Assembly: GCA_043814095.1 (NCBI GenBank)
Contig: JBDRKI010000102.1
Coordinates: 1-64,000 of the forward strand
DNA length: 64,000 nucleotides
Direction: 5' to 3'
Source: Armatimonadota bacterium
Lineage (GTDB): Bacteria; Vulcanimicrobiota; JACPDS01; JBDRKI01
This document shows, one piece after another, positions 39,759 to 51,658 of this stretch. Under the pieces are notes generated by a model, which did no database searches, had not been told where the DNA came from, and worked only from the letters and a program-made list of their open reading frames with translations. Both the position numbers and the translations under genes were made by a program. Numbering within the stretch: the first letter of the stretch is position 1; the number at the start of each line of letters is the position of its first letter.

Positions 39759-42056
39759 ATGGATTATTCGAAGCAATTAAATGATAAACAATCAGAAGCC
39801 GTATTATATAAGGATTCCCCTTTGCTTATACTCGCGGGGGCGGGTTCGGGGAAAACAAGGGTATTAACCTATAAAATGGCATACCTTATAAGTGAATGCG
39901 GTTTCTCTCCTGACAGCATATTAGGTGTTACATTTACCAATAAAGCCGCGAACGAGATGAAAGACAGGGTGGCCCGTCTTTTAGGCACAAGACGTCCTTT
40001 GTGGGTAAGCACTTTCCATTCGGCTTGCGTGAGAATACTCAGGCGCGATATTGATAAACTTGAGTTTGGTAAAAACTTCATTATATATGATGAACAGGAT
40101 AAACAGTTAAAGATAAAAGAGATTATAAAAAGACTTAATATAGATGATAAAAGAATTACTCCGGGGAGCGTTATATCAGCCATAAGCCAGGCAAAGAACG
40201 GCAAGATAGACCCCGGCCAGTATGCAAGAAGCGCGGATGATTTTTTTACAAGGTTAATAGCAGAGATCTATACAGAATATGAGAAAGACTTGAAAAAAGA
40301 TAATGCTCTTGATTTTGACGATCTTTTATTAAAAACAGTGGAGCTTTTTGAGAAACATCCTGACGTGTTAGGTGTTTACCAGAATAAATTTAAGTATATC
40401 CTTGTTGATGAATACCAGGATATAAATCATATACAGTACCTGCTCGTGAAGTATCTTTCAGATAAACATAAAAACATATGTGTTGTGGGCGATGATGATC
40501 AGAGCATATACGCTTTCCGCGGGGCCGATGTTTCAATAATACTGCAGTTTGAGAAAGATTTTCCCAGCGCTAAAGTCGTTAAACTTGAACAGAATTACAG
40601 ATCAACTAAAACCATACTGGAGTCCGCAAACAGCCTTGTAAAGTATAACTCCGGAAGAAAGCCGAAAAAACTATGGACCCGGAACGAAGACGGCGACCTT
40701 ATAACCGAATACTGCGCTTTTAACGAATCCGATGAAGCAAGGTATGTGATAAATAAGATTAAGGCTCTCTGCTCGGAGGGGGAGTATTCCCTGCGGGATT
40801 TTGCTGTTCTTTACAGGACAAATGCCCAGTCAAGAGCGCTGGAAGAGTTTCTTCTCTCAAGCGGGCTTGCTTATAAAATTGTGGGCGGGGTAAGGTTTTA
40901 TGAAAGAAGAGAGGTTAAAGACCTTATAGCATATCTAAGGATTTGCTATAACCCCCATGACAGCGTAAGCATAAAAAGGGTTATTAATACTCCTTCCCGG
41001 GGAATAGGCAAAACCACTTTAGAGAAAATTTATAGATATTCGGCTGATAATAATATAAGCAGTTATGATACATTAACACAGATAGATAATGTTAATATAC
41101 AGAACGGCACGAAATTAAAGATAAAAGAATTCCTGAATATAATAAGCAAGATGAGAGAAGAAGTAAAAGGCCTTTCCTTAAGCGATACAGTAAGGACCGT
41201 TCTTTCCGTAAGCGGTTTAAGGATATTTTTCCTCCAGGATAATACCGCTGATTCCATAACGAGAGTTGAAAACCTTGATGAATTTATATCCGTCGCCTGC
41301 GAGAGCGAGAAAAAGATGGAAACTCCTAATTTAGAAAACTTTCTCGCGGAGATAGCCCTTTTTACCGATATTGATAATTACAGCGAAAATGAAGAAGTGA
41401 TAACGCTTATGACCCTTCACTGCTCCAAGGGGCTTGAGTTTCCCGTTGTGTTTATCGTGGGGCTTGAAGAAGGGGTCTTTCCTCATGCAAGGAGCTTATT
41501 CTCCGCATATGAGCTTGAAGAGGAAAGAAGGCTGTGTTATGTGGGTATAACGCGCGCGGGTAAGAGACTCTATCTTACGCACGCGAAAGACAGAACTATT
41601 TTCGGGTCTATGATTTTAAGGGACAGGTCAAGATTCTTGGACGAGATAGATCCTGATTTTATACTGAATGAGACACCTCAGAAAAAACAGGTTGATAAAG
41701 ATATTTACATAGACAGATCCATTTATGATTCTGATGAAGATACCGTAACATATGAGTTCAGGAAAGGACAGACCGTAATGCACCATCTCTGGGGCAAAGG
41801 AAAAGTTACCGATACAGAAGACGAAGAGATAACCGTAGAATTTAAAAAGCTGGGCGTAAAGGTTATTCTTGCCGAGTATCTTAAACCCGTGGATACAGGT
41901 GATGATTCTTTATCCGAAAGCTACACCGATGCCGGCATAGGGGATAAGATTGTATCTGAGGAGTTCGGCAGCGGTGTTGTTTTAAGCAAGGATGATTTAA
42001 AAATAATCGCGACATTTCCCGGGCTGGGAAACAGGGAGATAGCTTTAAAGGATTAG
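39759..42056 (+). CDS. pcrA: ATP-dependent DNA helicase PcrA/UvrD
   Basis: AGAGSGKT, VDEYQD, GDDDQSIY, EQNYRS, LYRTNAQS, EEERRLCYVGITRA. Confidence 0.96.
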   Translation: MDYSKQLNDKQSEAVLYKDSPLLILAGAGSGKTRVLTYKMAYLISECGFSPDSILGVTFTNKAANEMKDRVARLLGTRRPLWVSTFHSACVRILRRDIDKLEFGKNFIIYDEQDKQLKIKEIIKRLNIDDKRITPGSVISAISQAKNGKIDPGQYARSADDFFTRLIAEIYTEYEKDLKKDNALDFDDLLLKTVELFEKHPDVLGVYQNKFKYILVDEYQDINHIQYLLVKYLSDKHKNICVVGDDDQSIYAFRGADVSIILQFEKDFPSAKVVKLEQNYRSTKTILESANSLVKYNSGRKPKKLWTRNEDGDLITEYCAFNESDEARYVINKIKALCSEGEYSLRDFAVLYRTNAQSRALEEFLLSSGLAYKIVGGVRFYERREVKDLIAYLRICYNPHDSVSIKRVINTPSRGIGKTTLEKIYRYSADNNISSYDTLTQIDNVNIQNGTKLKIKEFLNIISKMREEVKGLSLSDTVRTVLSVSGLRIFFLQDNTADSITRVENLDEFISVACESEKKMETPNLENFLAEIALFTDIDNYSENEEVITLMTLHCSKGLEFPVVFIVGLEEGVFPHARSLFSAYELEEERRLCYVGITRAGKRLYLTHAKDRTIFGSMILRDRSRFLDEIDPDFILNETPQKKQVDKDIYIDRSIYDSDEDTVTYEFRKGQTVMHHLWGKGKVTDTEDEEITVEFKKLGVKVILAEYLKPVDTGDDSLSESYTDAGIGDKIVSEEFGSGVVLSKDDLKIIATFPGLGNREIALKD

Positions 42057-44063
<2,007 letters not shown>

Positions 44064-44108
44064 TGGATAAGAACTTGGAAGGGAATAATTTTAATGTAAA
44101 GAATCAAG

Positions 44109-44303
44109 GTGAATATGATTAAAAAAGTTATCAGTATTAATAAAACCAAAGATTTTTCTGAGATAAGATCGAATCTGTCTTTCTGGCTGTCAAAACCATC
44201 AGAAGAGCGTATTTTTGCTGTAGAATTATTAAGGAGACAAATGCATGGATATTCAACAAGACTTCAAAGAACTGCTCGAGTTATTCAACGCAAACAAGGT
44301 TGA
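44109..44303 (+). CDS. Small partner protein of a nucleotidyltransferase (antitoxin-like)
   Basis: FWLSKPSEERIFAVELLRR motif; overlaps the downstream NT gene; own promoter AGGGAAT-N11-AAAGAAT at 44080-44104. Confidence 0.6.
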   Translation: MNMIKKVISINKTKDFSEIRSNLSFWLSKPSEERIFAVELLRRQMHGYSTRLQRTARVIQRKQG

Positions 44304-44694
44304 GTATGTTATTGTCGGCGCTTATGCATTGGCGCTTCACGGAGCACCTCGAAGTACCGGGGATATAGATATTCTTGTGGGGACTGACAAAATCAATGCA
44401 GAACGAATTCTTAAAGCATTAAATGAATTTGGTTTTGGTTCATTAAATTTAAAAGTTGAAGATTTTACAACGCCTGATAATATCATACAGCTTGGAGTGG
44501 CTCCGGTTCGAATTGATATTATAACAACAATTACCGGGGTTTCCACAGAAGATGCGTTTTCTGGACGAATAGCTGATAAATACGGAGATGCACCCGTATA
44601 TTATCTGGGCTTAAATGAATTTATTGAAAACAAAAAAGCTCTTGCAAGAAAGAAAGATCTGGCAGACATTGAAGCCCTTGATAAGCTTGATTGA
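44245..44694 (+). CDS. Nucleotidyltransferase family protein
   Basis: YVIVGAYALALHGAPRSTGDIDI, RIDI, NKKALARKKDLAD. Confidence 0.85.
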   Translation: MDIQQDFKELLELFNANKVEYVIVGAYALALHGAPRSTGDIDILVGTDKINAERILKALNEFGFGSLNLKVEDFTTPDNIIQLGVAPVRIDIITTITGVSTEDAFSGRIADKYGDAPVYYLGLNEFIENKKALARKKDLADIEALDKLD

Positions 44695-44827
44695 TTTTTT
44701 ACGGAAATATATATGAATAAAAAAGTCCAAATAGCAATCCTACTATTAATAACTTAAAAGGAAATATAATAATATTAAAGAATAACCCAGTAAAGGTTAT
44801 TCTTTTTATTATATGGAGGTATTGTAT

Positions 44828-45250
44828 ATGAAAGATGACGGAAAAAAATATTTAAAGGACATGGATAAGATTTTTAACCGGTTTGGCGAAATCCAGAAAA
44901 GATTTAACGCGGGCAGGGATGGCATTAAAGCCATAGTCTCTTTTATAGGCGAGATGTCAAGGAAAAAAACTCCTGCTTTTGCGCTGGATGATCCTATACT
45001 CGTAAGGGGCAGTGAGCTTATGAAGGAAGTTATAGATTCTCTGGATGAACAGCTTAAAGCCGCCAAAAAAGTATCTGCTCCTACCGAGTTTTCAAAGTTC
45101 CATAAGGATCTTCTGGAATCGTTGAAGCTGCAGGTAAGCGGGTATAAAGAGATGACTGATATGTTCGCTGATTATAAGGTTACGCACGCTTTAAAAGGAA
45201 AAGATAAGGTAACTAAAGGCGTAGAACTTATTGAAAAAGCGGTAATATAG
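44828..45250 (+). CDS. Hypothetical all-helical protein
   Basis: GGAGGT RBS; first gene after the promoter AGGAAAT-N11-AAAGAAT at 44759-44783. Confidence 0.75.
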   Translation: MKDDGKKYLKDMDKIFNRFGEIQKRFNAGRDGIKAIVSFIGEMSRKKTPAFALDDPILVRGSELMKEVIDSLDEQLKAAKKVSAPTEFSKFHKDLLESLKLQVSGYKEMTDMFADYKVTHALKGKDKVTKGVELIEKAVI

Positions 45251-45251
45251 T

Positions 45252-46556
45252 GTGAACTGTGAAGTCACTGTAGATAAGATATCATACGGCGGGGAAGGTA
45301 TAGCAAGAACAAACAATATGGTTGTCTTTATACCGGGTGCTGTTCCCGGTGACAAGCTGGAAATTAAGCTTACCGAGCATAAAAAAAACTACGCAAGAGC
45401 TGAAATAGTAAAAATTGTAGAGCCCTCCTCCCGCAGGATTAAACCCAAATGCAAATATTTTAATGTTTGCGGGGGATGCAGTTTCCAGAATATTGATTAT
45501 AAAGAGCAGCTGAACATAAAAAAACAGATAGTTGAGGACTCTTTTTTCAGGTTCGGCAAGGGTCTCTGTGTAAAAGTAAAGGATCTTATCTGTTCGGAAA
45601 AAAAGTTCGGCTTCAGGAGCAAAATCCAGTGGGTGGCTAAAGATAATACTCTGGGTTTATATAAAAAAGGCACTCATAATGTAATTGATATAGATTACTG
45701 TTTTCTTGCAGATAAAAAAGTTAATGATTTAACTTCGTTAATAAAAAGAAAGCTTGCCGGAGCTGATTATAAGGTATTAAAGCATATTATAATCAGGGAA
45801 TCATTATATAAAGATGAATTTCTCGCGGTTTTTGTATTAAATAGCGGAAAAATTGAAGGTTTTAAAAAGATCACAGAAGAGCTTATGAGTGAGTTTCCGG
45901 GTTTGGCAGGTGTTTCGGCTAATATAAATGAAAAAATATCAAATGTGATTTTAGGAGATAAGAATATCCTGCTTGAAGGAGAAGGTTATTTAGAGGAAAA
46001 GGTTGATAATCTTTTCTTTTATTACAGCGGGACGCTGTTTTTCCAGGTTAATACAGGTCAGCTGGAGAAAATAATAAAGATTATAAGGGAAAATGTATTA
46101 TTAACAGGGAATGAAGTTGTTTTAGATTTATACAGCGGGGTAGGGGCACTCTCCCTTCATATGGCAGGGGAATGCAGAAAGGTAATTTTGTCTGAAGAGT
46201 CCCCCGGAGCCGAGGAATTTTTCACAAAATCGGCTAATAGGAATAATATAACCAATGTTGAATTTATAACCGGTAAAGTTGAGGATTTTTTAGATAAGTT
46301 TCATAAAGAAGGCGGTTCTGCGGACTTAGTGATACTTGATCCGCCCCGTAAGGGTTGTTCTGACGAAGTTATAAGATGCCTGGGATTAATAAAAGCGCCT
46401 AAAATAGTATATTTATCGTGCAATCCCGTCACACTGGCAAGGGACTGCAAAAAACTTGCGGGTTATGGCTATAAAGTTAATTTAATACAGCCGGTTGATA
46501 TGTTCCCGCAGACATATCATGTTGAAGTGCTGGCTGTCCTGGAGAATAAGGAGTAG
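45252..46556 (+). CDS. rlmD: 23S rRNA m5U methyltransferase RlmD/RumA
   Basis: TRAM domain, CKYFNVCGGC, FFQVN, LDPPRKG, YLSCNP, DMFPQTYHVE. Confidence 0.95.
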   Translation: MNCEVTVDKISYGGEGIARTNNMVVFIPGAVPGDKLEIKLTEHKKNYARAEIVKIVEPSSRRIKPKCKYFNVCGGCSFQNIDYKEQLNIKKQIVEDSFFRFGKGLCVKVKDLICSEKKFGFRSKIQWVAKDNTLGLYKKGTHNVIDIDYCFLADKKVNDLTSLIKRKLAGADYKVLKHIIIRESLYKDEFLAVFVLNSGKIEGFKKITEELMSEFPGLAGVSANINEKISNVILGDKNILLEGEGYLEEKVDNLFFYYSGTLFFQVNTGQLEKIIKIIRENVLLTGNEVVLDLYSGVGALSLHMAGECRKVILSEESPGAEEFFTKSANRNNITNVEFITGKVEDFLDKFHKEGGSADLVILDPPRKGCSDEVIRCLGLIKAPKIVYLSCNPVTLARDCKKLAGYGYKVNLIQPVDMFPQTYHVEVLAVLENKE

Positions 46557-46559
46557 GTT

Positions 46560-48794
46560 ATGGGACTTTTCCCGAGCGAAGGATTTGAAAAACTAAAACA
46601 AAAAGCGCTGGATATATTAAGGGCAAATAATATATGTTATCTTGGCGTTGAATATATATTTCTGGCATTTCTCTTAATCAATGAGAACCTTTTCAAAAAA
46701 GCCGGTGTGGATATAGAGAAAGTAGTTAAAGATATACTTGAACTGTCAATAAGAGGAGAGACAGCCCCTGAGTCGGTAGGAGTTACTCCCAGATACAAAA
46801 TTATATTCAAAGAAGCGCAAAAGCTGGCTGAAGAAGAAAAATCCGACAGGGTCGAAGTCCCCCATTTTATAAAAGCAATGTTTGAAGACGAAAACAGCCT
46901 GCCTTCTGTTGTGCTTAAATGGAATAATATAGATAAAACGATTGTTACGGCCAATCTTGATAAGGCAAAAGACGTATCCGAAGCTTCCCCTGATAAACAG
47001 GAATCGAAAACTTCTAAAAAAGAAGATAAAAAATCATTTATTGAGAAATTCGGCAAAGACCTTGTTGTTGAAGCTAAAGCAGGCATGATAGATCCGGTAA
47101 TAGGCAGGGAGAAAGAGATAGACAGAATAAAACAGATTCTTTTAAGAAAAACCAAAAGCAATCCTGTCTTAATAGGAGAGGCGGGAGTGGGCAAAACCGC
47201 TGTTGTTATGGGGATTGCAAAAGCAGTGGCGGAAGGAAGGGTGCCGGATCAGCTTAAGGATAAGCGTATAATTGAACTTAACATAGCTTCCGTTCTTGCG
47301 GGGGCAAAATACCAGGGTGAGTTTGAAGAACGCCTGGAGAAAATAATAAAAGAAGTGGAAAAGAGCAAAGATATAATATTATTTATTGATGAGATCCATA
47401 ATATAACGGGGGCAGGCAGGTCAGGTTCCGGTCTTGATGCCGGAAATATTTTAAAACCGGCGCTGGCTAAAGGCTCTTTCCCTGTTATAGGGGCTACCAC
47501 GGTAGATGAACACAGAAAACACATTGAATCAGATCCTGCTCTGGAGAGAAGATTCCAGCCGGTCATAATTAACGAACCTTCTATTGAAGAAGCAATTGAT
47601 ATATTAAAGGGGTTAAAAGAAAGCTTCCAGGTTCATCACGGGGTTGAGTTTGAAGAAGAAGCTTTAATTGAAGCTGTTAAGCTTTCAAACAGGTATCTTA
47701 CAAACAGAAACCTGCCTGATAAAGCCATAGATCTTATTGATGAGGCGGCGGCCAAGGTTAAAATAGAAGAGGTGGATTCTAAGGTTATCACCAAGGATAT
47801 GATAGCTCAGGTTTTATCTTCATGGACAGGGATACCTGTGGGAAAGATGACTTCACAGACTTCACAGGATCTTTTGAAGTTGGCGGATAATCTGCGTGAG
47901 GAAGTTATAGGTCAGGATAAAGCGGTTGATGCTGTATCCCAGACAGTGCAGATGGGCTACTCAGGTCTTGCTAATTACAAAAAACCTCTGGGAGTATTTT
48001 TATTCTTAGGTCCTACGGGTGTGGGTAAGACATATCTTGCCAAGCGCCTGGCAGCCAAATTGTTCAGTTCCGAAAAAGATTTAATACGTCTAGATATGTC
48101 CGAATTTATGGAGAAGCATTCGGTGGCAAAACTTATAGGGGCGCCTCCCGGTTATGTAGGTTACGGGGAGGAAGGCATACTTACAAAATCCGTCAGGACA
48201 AAACCGTATTCCGTGGTGCTGTTAGACGAGATTGAGAAAGCCCATCCTGAGGTTTTTGATATATTCCTCCAGGTATTTGATGAGGGCAGGTTGACTGATT
48301 CCCGCGGCAGGACTATTAATTTCTGCAATACTATTATAGTTATGACTTCAAATATAGGTTCTACGAGCATAGACAAAGACGGCAATGTGATATTGGTTGA
48401 TATGGAAGATAAAACTTCTCAGGAAGATATAATGAAGCTTGTAAGGAAAACATTCAGGGCGGAATTTTTAAACAGGATAGACGAAGTGGTTTTCTTTAAA
48501 TCCTTAACTGAAGCCGAACTGAAAAAAATAGTTAAGTTGAGTTTCAGCGAAGCGGAGAAAAGACTTAAAGAGAAGAATATAAACTGGATTATATCTGATG
48601 AAGTTGTAGATCTGGTATGCAATCAGGGGTATAACCCCGCTTACGGGGCAAGGCCGTTAGAACGGGCCATAGGCACCCTTATACTGAAACCGCTTTCTTC
48701 GGAACTTTTAAAAGAGAATTTCAAGGAAGGCGATATTGTCCAGATTAAACTTAATCCGTCCACAAACAAGATAGAGTTTTTAAGGGAGAAATAA
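46560..48794 (+). CDS. Class I Clp/Hsp100 AAA+ ATPase with no M domain and no IGF loop
   Basis: Clp_N-like N-terminus; GEAGVGKT/FIDEIH and [20 protein letters not shown] pore loop. Confidence 0.93.
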   Translation: MGLFPSEGFEKLKQKALDILRANNICYLGVEYIFLAFLLINENLFKKAGVDIEKVVKDILELSIRGETAPESVGVTPRYKIIFKEAQKLAEEEKSDRVEVPHFIKAMFEDENSLPSVVLKWNNIDKTIVTANLDKAKDVSEASPDKQESKTSKKEDKKSFIEKFGKDLVVEAKAGMIDPVIGREKEIDRIKQILLRKTKSNPVLIGEAGVGKTAVVMGIAKAVAEGRVPDQLKDKRIIELNIASVLAGAKYQGEFEERLEKIIKEVEKSKDIILFIDEIHNITGAGRSGSGLDAGNILKPALAKGSFPVIGATTVDEHRKHIESDPALERRFQPVIINEPSIEEAIDILKGLKESFQVHHGVEFEEEALIEAVKLSNRYLTNRNLPDKAIDLIDEAAAKVKIEEVDSKVITKDMIAQVLSSWTGIPVGKMTSQTSQDLLKLADNLREEVIGQDKAVDAVSQTVQMGYSGLANYKKPLGVFLFLGPTGVGKTYLAKRLAAKLFSSEKDLIRLDMSEFMEKHSVAKLIGAPPGYVGYGEEGILTKSVRTKPYSVVLLDEIEKAHPEVFDIFLQVFDEGRLTDSRGRTINFCNTIIVMTSNIGSTSIDKDGNVILVDMEDKTSQEDIMKLVRKTFRAEFLNRIDEVVFFKSLTEAELKKIVKLSFSEAEKRLKEKNINWIISDEVVDLVCNQGYNPAYGARPLERAIGTLILKPLSSELLKENFKEGDIVQIKLNPSTNKIEFLREK

Positions 48795-48796
48795 TT

Positions 48797-49084
48797 ATGA
48801 TAAAACTGGAGATAATCGGCGGCCCTTATGACGGTAAGGAATATAAATTCAATAAATCAATAAAGATAGGCAGGGATAAATCTGCCGACATATCCATATA
48901 TTTTGACAACTTTGCGTCCCGGATACACACTGGCTTGGAAATTGAAGGTAAAAAGTGTATATTAAAAGATATGAACAGCACTAACGGCACATATATTGGC
49001 AATAATAAAATAAATGAGGTAGAATTAAAGGATAAAGATATATTTAAAGTCGGAAGAACGTTATTTAAAGTGGAGATATATTAA
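48797..49084 (+). CDS. Stand-alone FHA domain protein
   Basis: IGR, ASRIH, DMNSTNGT. Confidence 0.93.
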   Translation: MIKLEIIGGPYDGKEYKFNKSIKIGRDKSADISIYFDNFASRIHTGLEIEGKKCILKDMNSTNGTYIGNNKINEVELKDKDIFKVGRTLFKVEIY

Positions 49085-51244
49085 ATGATAGGACAGATTA
49101 TAGGCAATTATAAAATAGAGGAAAGAATAAAAAGCCAGGAACAGTATGCCATTTACAGGGCTAAGGATACCATATTTAATGTTCCCGTTTATTTAAAGAT
49201 TTTATCTCACAAGATAGTAGACAATCAGGATGTAAAAAAGAATTACTTATCCTGTGCTTCCCAGTATCTTAAGCTGAAGCATCCCAATATCTTAAATCTT
49301 TTAAAAACAGGCGATGAAGGGGGATATACCTACCTTGCTTATGAGAATTTTTCAATTAAGACTCTCTATGAGTATTTAGGTGAAAACCCGGCTCTTACCC
49401 TGCATGAAAAAATGGATATATTTTTTCAGATCTGTAAAGGTCTGAGTTATGCCCATCAGGATTGTATTCTGCACGGTAATTTAACGGCAGGGAATGTATT
49501 TATAGATAATAATAAAAATATAAAAATTGTGGATTTCGGAATTTCGGCTATTGAAATGCTGCAGACAGAAATTCACCAGAACCAGATACTTGAAGGCTTT
49601 TATTATTTCCCGCCCGAGAAGATAAACAAAGAACCCTTAGACGAGAAATCCGATCTGTATTCCCTGGGCGTTCTCTTATTCTACATATTGAGCAGAAAAT
49701 ACCCCTTTGAAGCCGAAGGGCTTAACCAGCTGTTCGGCAGAAAGCTGGAAGGTCACGCGGCAAGCATATCTTCATATGTTAACGATATTCCCCAGAGTAT
49801 ATCCGATGCAATATCCAAGCTTATTAAAAATAATAAACAGGAACGTTATTTAAATATTAAGGAACTTCTAAATGATATTAATAACTCCGGCTTAGATATT
49901 CAATACAATATCCCTTTATCCCCGAAACAGTCAAACTGGTTTGTTAATAAGGCAGGGGAAGCTTACCTTGCCGGAGATATAAATGCTTCTATTGAGAACT
50001 GGACCAAAGCAATTGAATTTGACCCTTATAATCCCGGATTATATACAAACCTTTCTAAAATATACTTGGAACAGGGAGATTACGCAAAAGCGGCTGAAAA
50101 TTACAAAAAAGCCCTTTCGGTGGAGCCTTTTAAAACCAGCTGGCGCGTGGAACTCGCCAACTTACTTAAAAAAAGCAGTCAGTTCGGTTCCGCTCTTTCT
50201 GAATACGAGATTATAAAGAAGCTGGATTCTAAATACCTGCCGTATTATTTTAATGCCGGGAACTGCCTGTATTTCCTTAAAAGATACGGCGAAGCCATTA
50301 CAGTATGGCTTGAAGGATTAAAACGCGATCCCGATAAACTGAGACTTCTGTATAACCTTGGGGTTGCCGAATACGCGATAGGCAAGACGGAAAAAGCACT
50401 TGAGTACTGGAGCAAGGTTCTGGAGATAAATAAAAATTTTGTAAAGGCCTCCTATAACCTGAGTATTGTAGAATTAAACAATAATAATACAGATAAAGCG
50501 TTCCTGTTATGGGAAGAGCTTGATAAAATATCCAATATGCCCGAGATAAAATTAAACCTAGGTAACAGTTATTATAACAAAAAAGACCATGATAAAGCCA
50601 TGGAATACTGGAGTCTAGCCCTGGAATTAAATAAGGACTGCTGGCAGGCATATTTTAACCTCGGGATTTATTATTTCGGTAAAGATATAAATAAATCCAG
50701 AGAAATGTTTGAAAAAGCATCTCAGGCAAAGCCGGATTTATGGCTTGCTTACTGGAATCTGGGCTATGTTGCACAGAAAGACGGAGACCATAAAGCTTCT
50801 TCTGAATATTTTGACAAAGTTCTGCAGCTTAACCCCGGATACTGGCAGGCAAATTACTATCTGGGCGAAAAACTCATAAAAGAAAATAAAATGGATGAAG
50901 CCCAGAAATGTTTTATGAAGATATTTGACACACAGACTGACTTTTCGGAAGATTTCTGTAAAAATATGGGAGCCATCTTCTATAAAAATAGTCAGATTGA
51001 CAAAGCTGTTGACTGCTGGGCAAAAACAGTATCGCATCATAATTTCCAGTGGGATGAAAAAGATGACGGTAAGGATATCCCCGACAGGATATATAAAGCT
51101 GCAAAGATTATGGTGCAAAAAGAACTTAAAGAAAAAGGGGATGGGGCCTCATTCTTTGTTCATGACCAGAAAGTCCACTTTAATATAAAGCCGGAGCTTA
51201 TCCCGGCCGACTGCGGGGATATTATTCCTGTAATTGACTATTAA
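49085..51244 (+). CDS. Hanks-type (pseudo)kinase domain + TPR repeats
   Basis: HPNIL, HGNLTAGN, DFG, FPPE, SDLYSLG; about 400 aa of TPRs. Confidence 0.9.
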   Translation: MIGQIIGNYKIEERIKSQEQYAIYRAKDTIFNVPVYLKILSHKIVDNQDVKKNYLSCASQYLKLKHPNILNLLKTGDEGGYTYLAYENFSIKTLYEYLGENPALTLHEKMDIFFQICKGLSYAHQDCILHGNLTAGNVFIDNNKNIKIVDFGISAIEMLQTEIHQNQILEGFYYFPPEKINKEPLDEKSDLYSLGVLLFYILSRKYPFEAEGLNQLFGRKLEGHAASISSYVNDIPQSISDAISKLIKNNKQERYLNIKELLNDINNSGLDIQYNIPLSPKQSNWFVNKAGEAYLAGDINASIENWTKAIEFDPYNPGLYTNLSKIYLEQGDYAKAAENYKKALSVEPFKTSWRVELANLLKKSSQFGSALSEYEIIKKLDSKYLPYYFNAGNCLYFLKRYGEAITVWLEGLKRDPDKLRLLYNLGVAEYAIGKTEKALEYWSKVLEINKNFVKASYNLSIVELNNNNTDKAFLLWEELDKISNMPEIKLNLGNSYYNKKDHDKAMEYWSLALELNKDCWQAYFNLGIYYFGKDINKSREMFEKASQAKPDLWLAYWNLGYVAQKDGDHKASSEYFDKVLQLNPGYWQANYYLGEKLIKENKMDEAQKCFMKIFDTQTDFSEDFCKNMGAIFYKNSQIDKAVDCWAKTVSHHNFQWDEKDDGKDIPDRIYKAAKIMVQKELKEKGDGASFFVHDQKVHFNIKPELIPADCGDIIPVIDY

Positions 51245-51367
51245 TCTGTAATTTTTCTTCTATTTACCGGGTTTTTACCAAAAATACTCCATTTGACCTA
51301 TATTTTTATTTATATATCCATGTTAAAATAATTATAGGAAAGATATTAATATAATTTGGAGTTGCAT

Positions 51368-51652
51368 ATGGTATGGGAAGGATTAAACAGCGGATTTAAT
51401 GTTCAGGAATATAAACAAAGTCTCAGGGAATCTGTAAAGCTTAAAAATCTGAAAGTAGGTATAGATCTAAATCTGGCTTTAAAAGAAGAAGAACTGCAGA
51501 AGCTTAAAGAAGATGATAATGTTAATGAGATTAAATTAAGAAATATGGAGAAAGATGTTAAAAAGCTAAAAAGAAAAGCCGGAATATTGAAAGAAAAATA
51601 TGAAATAATCGCAGAAAAACTGCAGAATTACGAAAGCCAGTTCTTTACATAA
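51368..51652 (+). CDS. Hypothetical coiled-coil protein
   Basis: Charged helical ORF with a GGAG RBS. Confidence 0.6.
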   Translation: MVWEGLNSGFNVQEYKQSLRESVKLKNLKVGIDLNLALKEEELQKLKEDDNVNEIKLRNMEKDVKKLKRKAGILKEKYEIIAEKLQNYESQFFT

Positions 51653-51658
51653 AAATTT

